Shown here one piece after another: positions 12,760 to 24,962 of a stretch of DNA of 45,057 nucleotides. This DNA comes from Octopus bimaculoides (lineage: Eukaryota): NCBI RefSeq assembly GCF_001194135.2, contig NC_068993.1, forward strand, positions 15,168,628 to 15,213,684. Direction: 5' to 3'. How positions within the stretch are numbered: position 1 is the first letter of the stretch; each line of letters begins with the position of its first letter. The position numbers and the translations under genes are program-made. A model generated the notes under the pieces. The model was not told the DNA's origin. It worked only from the letters and a program-made list of their open reading frames with translations, and did no database searches.

Positions 12760-13337
12760 GCTCCATCTCTCTCTCGCTCCATCTCTCTCTCACTCTCTCT
12801 CTCTCTCTCTCTTAAACTATACTGTAGAGTCTTAAATTAATGTTTGATTGGATTGTGTAGTCTGTTATACAAAATAAGAGAGAGTGACGAATGAAGCCCA
12901 TTTGATCGTAGTCCTGCTGGATTAGGATCTCGCATGCATCTAAACGTCTACCGTAATAACAACACTAGCATTATTTACAGCAGAACACGAAAACCCCTCC
13001 CGGGTACAGTAACGAAATTTCCCGCAAATTACACTTTAAGCATCTTAATTGAGGATATATACGATGAGGTGGTCCTAAATATACTACATATCTAGGATAT
13101 AAAGAGATGTTCATTATAGAGGGAAATTTTTACATCAACATGTTTACATAATCAGAAGGAGTTTGAGGGATGAAAGAAAAGAGTAGAAAAATAATTTGCG
13201 TCAGCCCTTCTTTTTTTTTGTGTGTGTTTGTGTTTTTTTTTTTTTTCCAATTTATAACGTCTACTTCATCATTGAGGTAAAGATTACAACTGGAATCAGA
13301 AACTGATAAGGGCACATGATTGAACAGTGTTTTGTCA

Positions 13338-13870
13338 TTGTTGCTGCGGTTGCTACTGCTGATCAGCCTTAGGTCAGCTCCGACGGAGCAAACTAATGAT
13401 GAAACGTATTACCATTGGAAGCAGCAACTGGAAGTAAATCTTAATTGAACAGCGGTGCATTTTAGATAATGTTGCTGTTGTTTGACCTTAGGACAACACT
13501 GATGAAGCACACCCAATGATCAAAAGGATTCTAGACATTATCTTCCTCTATATTCTATTCAGCTGTAATATATCCCATATGTTCTTCCACTGTTTTCTAA
13601 GACTTTGGGATTCTATACAAGCAACACTTCACTGAAGGTTAAGCGAGCTTGTTGATGGATCCAAGCGTTAATTGTTTTAGAGGGAAACAATACCAACGAG
13701 ATAATTCGAACCACGTCAATATCGTTTGCCAGGAGATTAGATTACCGATCACAGAACACATAGAGGGATGTGTTAGCTTTTCGTGTTGATTTCAATGACA
13801 TATGTCATAATAACATTATGTCTGCTGCAGATTGAAGTGATATGGCATTCTCCGGGACGACTTTACAAAA
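13338..13870 (-). mobile_element. Decayed LINE 3' end (RTE-like), terminus present twice
   Basis: Two related GTTGCTG...CCTTAGG(T/A)CA...TGAT..A blocks at about 13338-13410 and 13470-13540, each starting with a (GTT)-like tail. The family call is from recollection only. Confidence 0.3.
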
Positions 13871-14019
13871 ATAGCGAACCTGTATTCCATACACAAAATT
13901 CAGCATAAATACATATAAATATGCATATGTGTGTATATGTATATATGCATGTATATATACGTGTATACAAATAAGTGTATATGCTTAAAGAATGCACACA
14001 GACATATATACTTGCATGC

Positions 14020-14088
14020 ATCAATCTATCTATCTATTAATCTATCTATCTATCTATATGTCTATCTATCTATCTATCCATCCATCTA

Positions 14089-14121
<33 letters not shown>

Positions 14122-14159
14122 ATGTCTGCTTGCCTATCTGTCTGCCTGCCTGTCTGTCT

Positions 14160-14194
<35 letters not shown>

Positions 14195-14275
14195 CTATCG
14201 AGCTAGCTAGCTGTTTGTATGATTATGCATATGTAATTATATATACATACATACATGCATGCATACATACATACA

Positions 14276-14306
<31 letters not shown>

Positions 14307-14449
14307 GGGGATGGAAATATAAAGTAAAATGTGAACATGTGTTTACCAAAAAGAACATCCGCTCGTTTACATATATTTACTCTAAAAATCTGCTAATTCC
14401 ATTGTTTTGTAGAATTGTAATATGCAAGTGTTTGTATGTGCGGGTGTGC

Positions 14450-14535
<86 letters not shown>

Positions 14536-14945
14536 CGGGGATGAGGGTTGCATATTCTTGTGCATCTGTCGTTCACTGCATGTTTGTGTATTCCTCTATG
14601 TAATACGAAGAAATATTATTTATGATATTTAGCATATGTGTGTGATCATTACATTGCACGTAGTTAGTTCAAACAAGATTATATGCCCTTTGTATTGCAA
14701 CATTTCGTTAGTAGAGGAAAAGGCTAGCTACAATGGAATGGAACTTGTCTCAGAGCAACGATGTTCCGGGAGCTTACTGCATCCATAGCGATGCTTGTTA
14801 TTAGAATATCTATGTATCTATCAACCTATCTACCTATGTCTCTATCTATCTCCCTATGATTTGTCTATGTATGTATGTATAGTAGTATGTATGTATAGTA
14901 GTATGTATGTATGTATGTATAGTAGTATGTATGTATGTATGTATG

Positions 14946-14988
<43 letters not shown>

Positions 14989-15268
14989 GTATGTATGTAT
15001 GTATGTATCTCTCTCTATCTATCTATCTGTCTATCTACCTCCCTATCTATTTGTCTATGTATGTATGTATGTATGCATGTATCTATCTATCTATCTATCT
15101 ATCTGTCATCTATCTATCTATCTCTATAAATTAATATGTATTTTAGTATGNNNNNNNNNNGTCTCTATCTATCTCCCTATGATTTGTCTATGTATGTATG
15201 TATAGTAGTATGTATGTATAGTAGTATGTATGTATGTATGTATAGTAGTATGTATGTATGTATGTATG

Positions 15269-15311
<43 letters not shown>

Positions 15312-15473
15312 GTATGTATGTATGTATGTATCTCTCTCTATCTATCTATCTGTCTATCTACCTCCCTATCTATTTGTCTATGTATGTATGTATGTATGCA
15401 TGTATCTATCTATCTATCTATCTATCTGTCATCTATCTATCTATCTCTATAAATTAATATGTATTTTAGTATG
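14020..15473 (+). repeat. Compound tetranucleotide (TCTA/TCTG/GATA/TACA/TATG) and (TG)n region
   Basis: Seen directly. It includes a 313-bp block duplicated around a 10-N gap. Confidence 0.95.
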
Positions 15474-15734
15474 AATTTGCATGTTCATGTGTTTGCATAA
15501 AAATCCATATAGACACGTTACACTATAAGTACGTGTGAATGTGTGCGTGTGCGTGTGTATGTGTGTGTGTGTGTGTGTGTCTGTGTGTCTATTTATGTAT
15601 CTATGTATGTGAAGGCTAGCAAGTCGAAAGTTTGTGGTCTCTGTCACCCTTCTACTTGGATAAATATAATTAACATGTATTCTGCGAAAAAAAGTTCAGC
15701 GGTTTTTGGGTTTTGATATTTAGATGTTTACAAG

Positions 15735-15947
15735 CGGTAGGCTGGCACAATTGTTAACTCGTCGGACAAAATGCTTAGCAGTATTTCATCCGTTGTAACG
15801 TTCTGAGTTCAAATTCCACCGAGGCCGACTTTACCTTTCATCCCCTCGAGGATCAATAACATTAGTACCATTCGAGTCTTGGGGTCTATGAAATTTGACT
15901 TATCCCCCTCCCCCAAAATTTCTATCCTCGAACCAGAATTCGAAACT
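15735..15947 (+). mobile_element. SINE family A
   Basis: GGACAAAATGCTTAGCAGTATTTC...GTTCTGAGTTCAAATTCCACCGAGGCCGACTTTACCTTTCATCC. Confidence 0.8.
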
Positions 15948-16373
15948 AATATTAAATATTAAATATAAAAACAAAAATTAATATTTGCGTGTGTTCTTGC
16001 CCGGTTCATTATTATTTCAGTAAACACAAAGCGAAAGTGTACACGAAACACAATAGACAGAATATAGGAGTGTAACGTTTAGAAAATTTTCAATAGCCGC
16101 GGTTAAGATCTAGTTAACATTGTATAGAATGGATTACCATGGATACTGGATTGTTTATTTAGCATAATTGTTGAGTGTTAAGTTCATGGCCAAAGGAAAC
16201 AATGCAATATCTTTGATATCGAGCGGCAGACAATATAGACATTATCTCCAATTATCCATTTTATTTACGAGAGGGATATATATTTATATAGATTTCTTAC
16301 AATTTTCTTATATAGGAGTGAAATGCGAAATAATTAGGCCTGCATTAGTTTGTTGTGCTATTTATTTCCCTAG

Positions 16374-16434
16374 GGTCAGACATAGGAAGAATTTTCATTC
16401 TGAATCCTGAATCGAAACACACAGAGAGGATAAG
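16374..16434 (+). CDS. Candidate 61-nt internal exon, GSDIGRIFILNPESKHTERI (WD40-strand-like)
   Basis: Acceptor TATTTATTTCCCTAG|, donor AAG|GTAAGA, and only one open frame. No identifiable partner exons. Confidence 0.35.
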
Positions 16435-16501
16435 GTAAGATAATATGGAATCGGTGCCTCATCAACAGATTTCCTGTTGCTGTTGTTGATCTTGCTGCCA
16501 C

Positions 16502-16934
16502 CTCTTCTTCTTCTTCTTCTTCTTCTTCTTCTTCTTCTTCTTCTTCTTCTTCTTCTTCTTCTTCTTCTTCTTCTTCTTCTTCTTCTNNNNNNNNNNNNNN
16601 NNNNNNNNNNNNNNNNNNNNNNNNNNNNNNNNNNNNNNNNNNNNNNNNNNNNNNNNNNNNNNNNNNNNNNNNNNNNNNNNNNNNNNNNNNNNNNNNNNNN
16701 NNNNNNNNNNNNNNNNNNNNNNNNNNNNNNNNNNNNNNNNNNNNNNNNNNNNNNNNNNNNNNNNNNNNNNNNNNNNNNNNNNNNNNNNNNNNNNNNNNNN
16801 NNNNNNNNNNNNNNNNNNNNNNNNNNNNNNNNNNNNNNNNNNNNNNNNNNTCTTCTATCACCGCCATCGCCACCATCACCACCACCATCCTTGTTGCTGG
16901 TACTGCTGGTGCTGCTGCTGCTGCTACTACTGTA

Positions 16935-17005
<71 letters not shown>

Positions 17006-17010
17006 CACCT
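16502..17010 (+). repeat. (CTT)n, gap, then (CCA)/(CTG)/(CTA)n compound microsatellite
   Basis: Seen directly. Confidence 0.95.
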
Positions 17011-17579
17011 CTACAGATATTCAGCGACAAACGCAGGCGCTTTCTAAACTTTAGGGAGAAAAAGAATGTACTTAATTAATACTTGACTGTCAGATTCTTC
17101 ACTTGCTCAATGTCGTAAATATGTGGCAAAGTTGAAGTTCAATCTTTTCAATGAACGTAGAGAACCAGGCCGAGATCTCATGAACGCTATGCTAGCCATG
17201 ATAATTAACAGAATATATGAATATGCCTTTGTTCATATGTGTATGTACTCTTACCTTTATATATATGTGTGGGGGTGTATAATTTTGCTTATACAAACAT
17301 AAATTCATCTAAGTATGTGTGCGATAATGTATTTGTTTGTATGTGTGTAATAAAGTATGAAATTATACATAACAGTTAAATGACATTTTCATGAAAAGGC
17401 GAAGTTAGAAACACTGCGAGAACCTATTAATATATGTAGGCGAGATTTTGTCCCTGAATATCAGCCAAATTATGCATCAGATTGTGCCTACTACTTTTGG
17501 AGACATTTGCAACCCTATTTCGCTTGCTCTCACAAGCTGTTGATGCATAACCTAACATATTATGACAGGGTTAAATATG

Positions 17580-17637
17580 ATACCTAAGAAAATGGTTGTA
17601 TATTTAAGAAATGGTTGTATATCTAAGAAAATGGTTC
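17580..17637 (+). repeat. About 21-22-bp tandem repeat, 3 copies
   Basis: ATACCTAAGAAAATGGTTGT / ATATTTAAGAAATGGTTGT / ATATCTAAGAAAATGGTT. Confidence 0.85.
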
Positions 17638-17817
17638 TTCCATTTCCACCAATAGCTTGGAACTCTTAAAGTTGAATCGTACCAATACTATTCCTATTCG
17701 ACTGCTATTAATAAGACTCTCATTAAGCTTGTTTCTGTTATAAATACTTTACAAAACAAGATCTACCGCCAGGAACATACACAAGAATGTAGCTTGAAAG
17801 TGATAGTTCTTCTAGAA

Positions 17818-18172
17818 CAGAGATTCTCAACAATTTTCTATCAATGGAAATATTTGATTACTATTTTATTCCTGTGGACCCCATTGCTATCCGATGTTTA
17901 AAAGCTAGTTTTATAGTAAACTCTTTCAAAATTGCTATCTTGCTTTTCACACAATAATTAGTGTATGAAGAAATATATAAAATGTTAGAGAAAGAAACCT
18001 AGGTTGTTTTTGCAATACATACCAATACATCTACAACAGTTTTTCTTTTATCATGTGCCCTTAAAATGCTATTGTGGATCGTGGATTCCCAATTTATCAT
18101 TTTATGGCGTGCACCCCCAAAATTCGTTTATGAATCAGTAGATGTCATATGGACCCAGCTTGAGAAGCATTG
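17818..18172. mobile_element. hAT/Charlie-like MITE
   Basis: Termini CAGAGATTCTCAA and TTGAGAAGCATTG. The 8-bp flanks TTCTAGAA (17810-17817) and TGCTAGAA (18173-18180) match 7/8. Repeated G(G/C)ACCC motifs lie inside. Confidence 0.65.
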
Positions 18173-19132
18173 TGCTAGAATGAGAATCTATATAGAAAAC
18201 AAAAAAGGAAAATAGAAAAATGAAATCACACGTTTTCATCAATGAAGAAAGGAAACTTAACTATAAGCTTAAGCTCGACTTCAGCTGCATCAATATGTAC
18301 CATAACAATAACATTAAGACTATCAACTACACTAACAATAGTATAAACAAGCAGCTAACTGCGACGACAACATTTAAAGACACACTACATGTGATGGTAG
18401 AAGAAAGAAAAAAAACATTCAATACCAAAACAAGTGTAGCACCGAGAATAATGAAACAAGCGTTTTACGTTAATTTTTATTTTTTTATTTTTTATATGGA
18501 TTCTAAGTTATTCTCTAGTAAACGTTAAACGTCTCAGCTATACAATAGACAAGATGGTTCTTTTTTTTATTATACATATCATTGTTTTTATTCAGTGCCT
18601 TTATCACTACACTCCACACGAATTTACCTCAGGCTAATATTTCAGAGATAAAGTAAAATAAACGGTGAACAAACAATTGTTTATTATCCTGCTAAATTAC
18701 CCTAACAGAATAAGGAAAAGCAAAAATGAAAAAAATGAAAGCAAAAACGAAAATGGAAGGTACAGAACAAAACGAAAAACATAAAAAATAACCAACAAAA
18801 GCCTATCAATTTTACAAATCATGTGGTCTCATGTATTAGGTGGAAAAAGTAAAATAACAAAATGCAACAACAAACTTATTCAGCCTGAGCTTTAGAGAGA
18901 GCCGTACTTGGAGTCTTACTGTAGGTTATAATTTGTAATTGAGCGAAGGGGGGACAACTCAAACAATTGAAGACAATATAATGTGATGGGCTGAAGGCAA
19001 TAAATTGATGCCTCGATAAAGGAATAAGAAATATAATAGTCTTTATGATTCTAGTGAAAAATGCCAAAAAATATGGATAAGGTGAGACGGAACTAAACTA
19101 TGACTCCAGATTAATTTAGGTAGTGTTCTCAA

Positions 19133-19187
<55 letters not shown>

Positions 19188-19333
19188 TTGTTTGCTTTAT
19201 TTAAAAAACAAAAATTGACATTCATTTTTAAAGCGCTTGCGCTATGGCCATGAGATGACATAAAACAAATACTTGTTCAGAGTTCTAATTACTCTCATTA
19301 TAAATATACACAGTCATTCTAACAAACGTTCTC

Positions 19334-19402
<69 letters not shown>

Positions 19403-19490
19403 TCCTCTATCTGTCAATATACTGACAGTTTAAATTATACAATATATATAATATGATTATGTATGCTTACATAAATATATACAGCCACAG

Positions 19491-19644
19491 TAGTGGCTGT
19501 GTGGTAAGTAGCTCGTTTACCACTCAAATGGTTCCGGATTCAGTCTCATTGCATGGTAGCTTCGGCAAGTGTTTTACTATAGCCTCGGGATGAACAAAGC
19601 CTTGTGAGTGGATTTGGTAGTCGGACACTGAAAGAAGCCCTTCG

Positions 19645-19698
<54 letters not shown>

Positions 19699-19938
19699 TG
19701 TATGTGTGTGTGTGTGTGTGTGTGTCTGTAAATTTGTGTGTCTGTGTTTCTCCCTTGACAACTGATGCTAGTGTGGTTAAGTCCTCATAACTTAGCCGTT
19801 CGGTGAAAGAGACCGATAGAAAAAGTAATATGCTTAGAAAGAATAAGTCCTGGGGTCGATTTGTTCGTCTAAAGGCGCTGCTCCAGCATTGCCGCAGTAA
19901 AATGACTGCAACAAATAAAAGAATAAAAGAGTAAAAGA
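19491..19938 (+). mobile_element. SINE family D, full length
   Basis: Colinear with 2477-2886. Confidence 0.88.
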
Positions 19939-20449
19939 ATATGTAAACATATCCAAATGTATTTACATACCAATATGTATATCTATTTTTGTGCATATAT
20001 ATTTTTGTAAATACACACACACAATATATACATCCGCACAGTCATATATGAATGCACAAATATGTGTGTGCATATTCACACATATCTATATATATATTTC
20101 AATATATATATATGTTTGTGTGTGTGAGTGTATGAGCGTGTTTATGTGTGCGAGTTTGGGCGTGATATATTCGAATTGTGCGAATGTCTGTGACAATATA
20201 CGAACATGTATGTTTATGCGCGAATATTCGTGTCTTATTGAAATTAATTTCATTTCTAAATCGATGTATTTTCAGTTATACTCAGGATTTTTTTTTCTTT
20301 CTATTTTAGTTACCAGAATTTGATTGAGATTCAAAATTGTTTTTTCCCTGTTTAAATTTGAACTACGAAAAAAAAAGAAAAAACGAAACAAATAATAAAA
20401 TAAAAAAAACTATATGGTAAAATAATAACATCAACAACAATTAAAATAA

Positions 20450-20613
20450 TAATGATAATGATAATAATATTAATAATAATAATTATTATTATTGTTATTA
20501 TTATTATCATCATTATTATTGTAACAACTACAACAGGAACGACAATAACGATTGTAATAATAATATTAATAATAATAATAATAATATTAATAATAATAAT
20601 AATAATAATAATG

Positions 20614-20666
<53 letters not shown>

Positions 20667-20954
20667 TTGAGAAACTATGCTGGAAGGAAATTTCGGTAAT
20701 ATTAAGGTCTTCTTTAATGATTTCTTTGGGCTGCAAATCTGCTATGCCTGTAATACCAAAGAAAAATCTATTGACATGGGGCCAAAATTTCTTCCATGCC
20801 ATCTTCAAATACCATTTCCTGAGTTAATATTGCTCCTGAGAAAACAAAATTCTCCATTGTCTGCTTTACAAATCAAATATTTTCTCATCTAAAATTTATT
20901 TTCTGAGGTTTGTGATATTTTTATTGATATTACTTTTTTATTTGCATTTAAAAA

Positions 20955-21034
<80 letters not shown>
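20450..21034. repeat. (AAT)n array (about 20450-20666) and (ATT)n array (about 20957-21034) in opposite orientation
   Basis: Seen directly. Confidence 0.95.
20680..20870 (-). pseudogene. Possible pogo/Tigger transposase fragment
   Basis: MAWKKFWPHVNRFFFGITGIADLQPKEII resembles the W-K-K-L-W-P...F-x-G block at the end of the pogo DDE domain. Confidence 0.4.
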
Positions 21035-21035
<1 letters not shown>

Positions 21036-21444
21036 TGTTGTTGTTATGATTTATTTTTATTGTGAATGTTGTTATTAATATCATTATCATTATTGTTGCT
21101 GGTGATGTTATTGTTATTATATATTTTTGTCATTTAGTTATTTATTTCTAATCTTACTGCTATTTCCAAACGTTTTCGTCACCCACACTTAGTGGTCAGT
21201 TAAGACAACATTAATATAACTCTACTGTCCTCATTAGATGGCTGAGAGAGGCCATCATGGTGCGAACGAACGGGTCCCACCCGAGCATACATATCTAAAT
21301 CGCAGATAAATTACTGAGAAAAGGCACCTACCCCAGTAACCATAGCACTATTGGTTTTGTGAGGTCTCACCATGAGTAGACCTCGAATGACTCCCAATCG
21401 AGGAAGACACATTGTTAATATAATACTTTCAAGTTTTCTAACCC

Positions 21445-21600
21445 TTTCACTCTTTTACTTGTTTCAGTCATTTGACTGTGGCCATGCTGGAGTACCGCCT
21501 TTGGTCGAGCAAATCGACCCCAGGACTTATTCTTTTTGTAAGCCTTGTACTTATTCTATCGGTCTCTTTGCCGAGACGTTTCCACGCAAAACTCTCCAAC
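21445..21600 (-). mobile_element. SINE family D, 3' half
   Basis: CTCTTTTACTTGTTTCAGTCATTTGACTG..GCCATGCTGGAG.ACCGCC...CGAGCAAATCGACCCCAGGACTTATTC is the reverse complement of the family D tail. Confidence 0.88.
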
Positions 21601-21796
21601 CAGCACCCTCGCACTCAAATACACACACGCACACACATACATGCACACATGTACGCGCGCTTACACCGAAACGCACACACACTCACACCCATACACATAT
21701 ATACACACATGCGCACACATATACATACAAATGCTTAATATTTTGTCCTGTACCATCCTAAATTCTTTCTTAATATAAACCCTTTGTCGTTAAGAA

Positions 21797-22110
21797 ATCA
21801 TCATCATCTTCATCATTATTATTTAAGACATCGCACAGTATCCAGTATCGTGATGTTGATTAGAGATAGTGTATCTACCGGGGGTTTGTACTGTTTGTCA
21901 AGTCACAGCAAGGAACTCTGGCAGACAGTACATTTACGCAATACGCGTGCAGTTCTAAGTAATGCCGATTTTTGCAATACACCTTGATTGCAGGGTTTCC
22001 AGATATTTATTCATTAGTCCAGTTTCAGTAATCTGGAACATACGCAGCTGGTTTCAAAGTTCTAATGATCTTTTACCGAGAGCTTTACCTTTGCCATTGT
22101 GGTTGCCTAC
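21797..22110 (-). mobile_element. 3' end of an RLE-type (R4/Dong/NeSL-like) non-LTR retrotransposon
   Basis: Minus strand encodes ...KALGKRSLEL*NQLRMFQI... and LQKSALLRTARVLRK(V)L. This resembles the GALG...(L/I)QKxALLxTAxILRKVL C-terminus of RLE LINEs. It ends in a trinucleotide tail at 21797-21823. Confidence 0.6.
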
Positions 22111-22639
22111 TAAGTCTTGTTCATGGAATTTCATTGCATTTTTGTTCATATCACCATAAATAGAAAGTAAAAAATAAAGAAATTTTCTATTTTGATGCTT
22201 GGTAATTAATTCGATTTAATTCCAATATATTCAAGCGCCTTGTAATTTCATCTTTTGCCGTATCATCTTAGATGTTTATAAATGGTAAGTAGTTTTTGCT
22301 GCCATTGTAATCTCCATATCTGTTAAAAAGACAAGATAGCTGATCTGCGGCAAGACAAATAAAAGAAGCCAACAAGGGTAAGCTTGAACAAAGAGACGGG
22401 AAGTTTCAGAATAAACACACAAAAGCAAGCCCTGCATGAATTAATTCACTCAGGCGGATGGATTGCAATGAAAATACTTTCCTTCAGTCAGCAGGGAATG
22501 AGACGATTTGGCACGGCTGACTGTATATTGAACCTGTTATGGCGACAATAGTTTTTGGCACCAGAGGAAAGACACACAGATAAACACACACAAACACAAA
22601 CAAAAATGTCTGTACGCATGCGCGCCAACAATATATACA

Positions 22640-22796
22640 TATGGAGAGATAGAGATAGATAGATAGATATTGAAAGAGAAGGAGAGAGAGGAAGAGGGAG
22701 AGATATCACAAGTTATTCATTGTAACCGACTGAAATAAACATTTCTCTCTCTTCATACATATAAGGAGAAATATGCTGAGACACTTAAACACGGAG

Positions 22797-22867
<71 letters not shown>

Positions 22868-23130
22868 CAGTGAGGGAGAGAGATGGAGGTAGAGAGTGAG
22901 CGAGAGAAGCCTTAAAGTGTATATAAAGTAGACCGAGTCCCACAAATACATCCTCTTTTCGCAACGCATAAAGAAAACTCACACATATATTGAAATAGTG
23001 CACGCACGAGAGAGAGAGGGAGAGAGAGAGATAGAGAGAGTGAGAGAAATGGAGAGAGAGATGGAGAGAGAGACGGAGAGAGACAGAGAATGAGAGAAAG
23101 GGTGAGACATACAGAAAGAGAGAGAGAGAC
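22640..23130 (+). repeat. GA-rich / (GATA)n / (GA)n low-complexity tract
   Basis: Seen directly. Confidence 0.9.
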
Positions 23131-23186
23131 AAACAAATAAACAAACATAGAAGTATGTTTATGGCAGGGGGTGTCTTTTTTATATA

Positions 23187-23402
23187 CATTAATCTCTCGC
23201 CATGTCGTGGTTCACCTACCGCGGTTAATTATTTAAGCTCACGTCGATTCCTCCGTGGTGGTGTTTTTGTACTTATAATCAAAATAAATATGTACAAATT
23301 ATAAACATAATTAAAAAATATATAGAGTACAGTACTGTTTCAACTTCACGGATTTTCAGTGAGGTTTGGAACGCAACACTCGCGATAGTCGAGGGATTAC
23401 TC
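23187..23402. mobile_element. Older copy of the same Tigger-like MITE
   Basis: TA|CATTAATCTCTCGCCATGTCG ... CGCGATAGTCGAGGGATTACTC|TA. It shares TTATTTAAGCT(C/T)ACGTCGATTCCTCC with 40641-40930. Confidence 0.8.
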
Positions 23403-23457
23403 TAAATGCTCCCTGTCTCGCTGAATCTCATCGATTTTCTCTGCTCACCGCGTCAAA

Positions 23458-23778
23458 ATAACATCGAAAAATACCTTAGGAACGAGAGCCTAGGTTCGAA
23501 ATTTCCCGAAGACACCTGAAGAAGGCTGGAGAGTATATCAGCCGAAACGTGTTAACAATAAACAGGAGGAGGGCAAATATCCGTAGAACGTAAATAGTGT
23601 ACATAATTCTTCATCTTTTAAATATAGAACTCTATTAAAGTCAATCGCAATCCCTCAGATATCTTTCTCGATTAATTCTCTCTAAGAAATAACTGTACCC
23701 ATGTAACTCTTTTAATATAGAAGTTAGAAATGTATTTCATATGAAATCAGAACATTTATTTTTCGTTCGAGAGTCAAT
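23458..23778 (+). mobile_element. Solo PLE terminal repeat (hammerhead-containing) plus about 148 bp of flank duplicated at 26326-26485
   Basis: Aligns with about 26190-26485. The run 23611-23671 is identical to 26306-26366 over 61 nt. Confidence 0.85.
23511..23553 (+). ncRNA. Minimal type I hammerhead ribozyme motif, copy 1 (cleavage triplet deleted)
   Basis: GACAC CTGAAGA A GGCTG GAGAGTATAT CAGCC GAAA C GTGTT. Core boxes CUGAnGA and GAAA are intact, stem II is GGCTG/CAGCC and stem I is GACAC/GTGTT. It lacks 3 nt (GTT) compared with copies 2 and 3. Confidence 0.8.
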
Positions 23779-24930
23779 CCAGAGATGTACAGAAATCAAA
23801 CATGAGTAAAATTTTCTCCTCCATATTTGCAGCAAAATGCTAAACGAAGTGTAATTGTCTCCTAGTTTCATAGTTGTGATTGCAAGGCAGCTGACAACAA
23901 TAATAAAAACAAAATATTTACTTCGCCAAGAGGTCCCAGAAACAGAACACCTGATGTCAAATATCTCCAGGGTGGGATCAGTGACGGCAAGGCCCATACG
24001 GCTGGACCAAAACATTTTATAGTCAGCAAGGACCGGTGATCAACATAATTTTTCCCGGTGGATAGAAAGCTAGCCAACTTCAGCTAACATTGTCGATTGG
24101 TCTGTTACATGTTAGTGAACAGTTGAATGATCTGAGATGCATAGAAACTCATACACTATAGAAGTTTACTCGTGAGATTTCAACTTCATAACGTTTATCT
24201 TCTACTTCGATACTCTATACATAGGGCCACTTAAATTCTTCGATATTGATTTAGGATAAATGATAATTCGAGGAAATTTTACGTAATATTCTGTAGCACT
24301 CATGAATAAATTAATTCGATTTAGGAATATAATTTCAGTGTTGCTCTGAAGAAAATTTGGGACAATAACCCCTAGAGAAGAATTCACGTCTAAAAATATC
24401 GATCATCATATAAAACCTTGTTGTCTCATTATGCTCCAATACAATAAGAACTGCAAAAGTTCTTTCTTGTGGTTTGCTAGTGCATTAGTTACTATTCAAT
24501 TTGGACCATTCCGATATTCCCACGTTCTCTCTGGTGACCATAATCTCAAAAATGTTTTACAATATGGATAGCAATAGAATAATTAATTTTATAAAGTGTA
24601 AAGTGTGTTTCGTAATTTTCTTCATACACTAACTCTTAGATCTACATCACCAGACACTTATACACAAAACGACCGGAATAAAGAAGCTTCTATAGCGACC
24701 GATCTCGGTGATCGTTGTTGAAGATGCAGCCGCTTAACTACAGTGTTTACCGCCCGCGATAGAGCTTCAATTCATTGTCCCCTATACAGACCCCCAAAAA
24801 ACATCCCATAAAAGTAACGTCCGTGTCGGACCACCCTCATATAAGATACAGGGAAAATGATAGAACTATAAAAGTCATTATTTACATTATTCACATTCGA
24901 CGGATATTTGTCCTCATCTTGTTTGTTGTT

Positions 24931-24962
24931 AACACAGCGCTTCGGCTACTATACCCTCCAGC
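24931..24962 (-). ncRNA. Partial hammerhead motif, copy 3 (from stem II onward), fused to the RT
   Basis: Minus strand reads GCTG GAGGGTATAG TAGCC GAAG CG CT GTGTT, then AACAACAAACAAGATGAGGACAAATATCCGTC, as in the other copies. Confidence 0.65.

Noticed and set aside
13499-13530. CTGATGA as a further hammerhead core
   Set aside because: No stem II or GAAA follows.
14838-15473. Exact 313-bp direct duplication (14838-15150 and 15161-15473)
   Set aside because: It flanks a 10-N gap, the typical signature of unmerged overlapping contigs.
23820-24620. Coding-like sequence between the terminal repeats (ORFs 23737-24077, 24202-24387)
   Set aside because: I could not match it to PLE or any other recognisable protein motif, so it is left uncalled.
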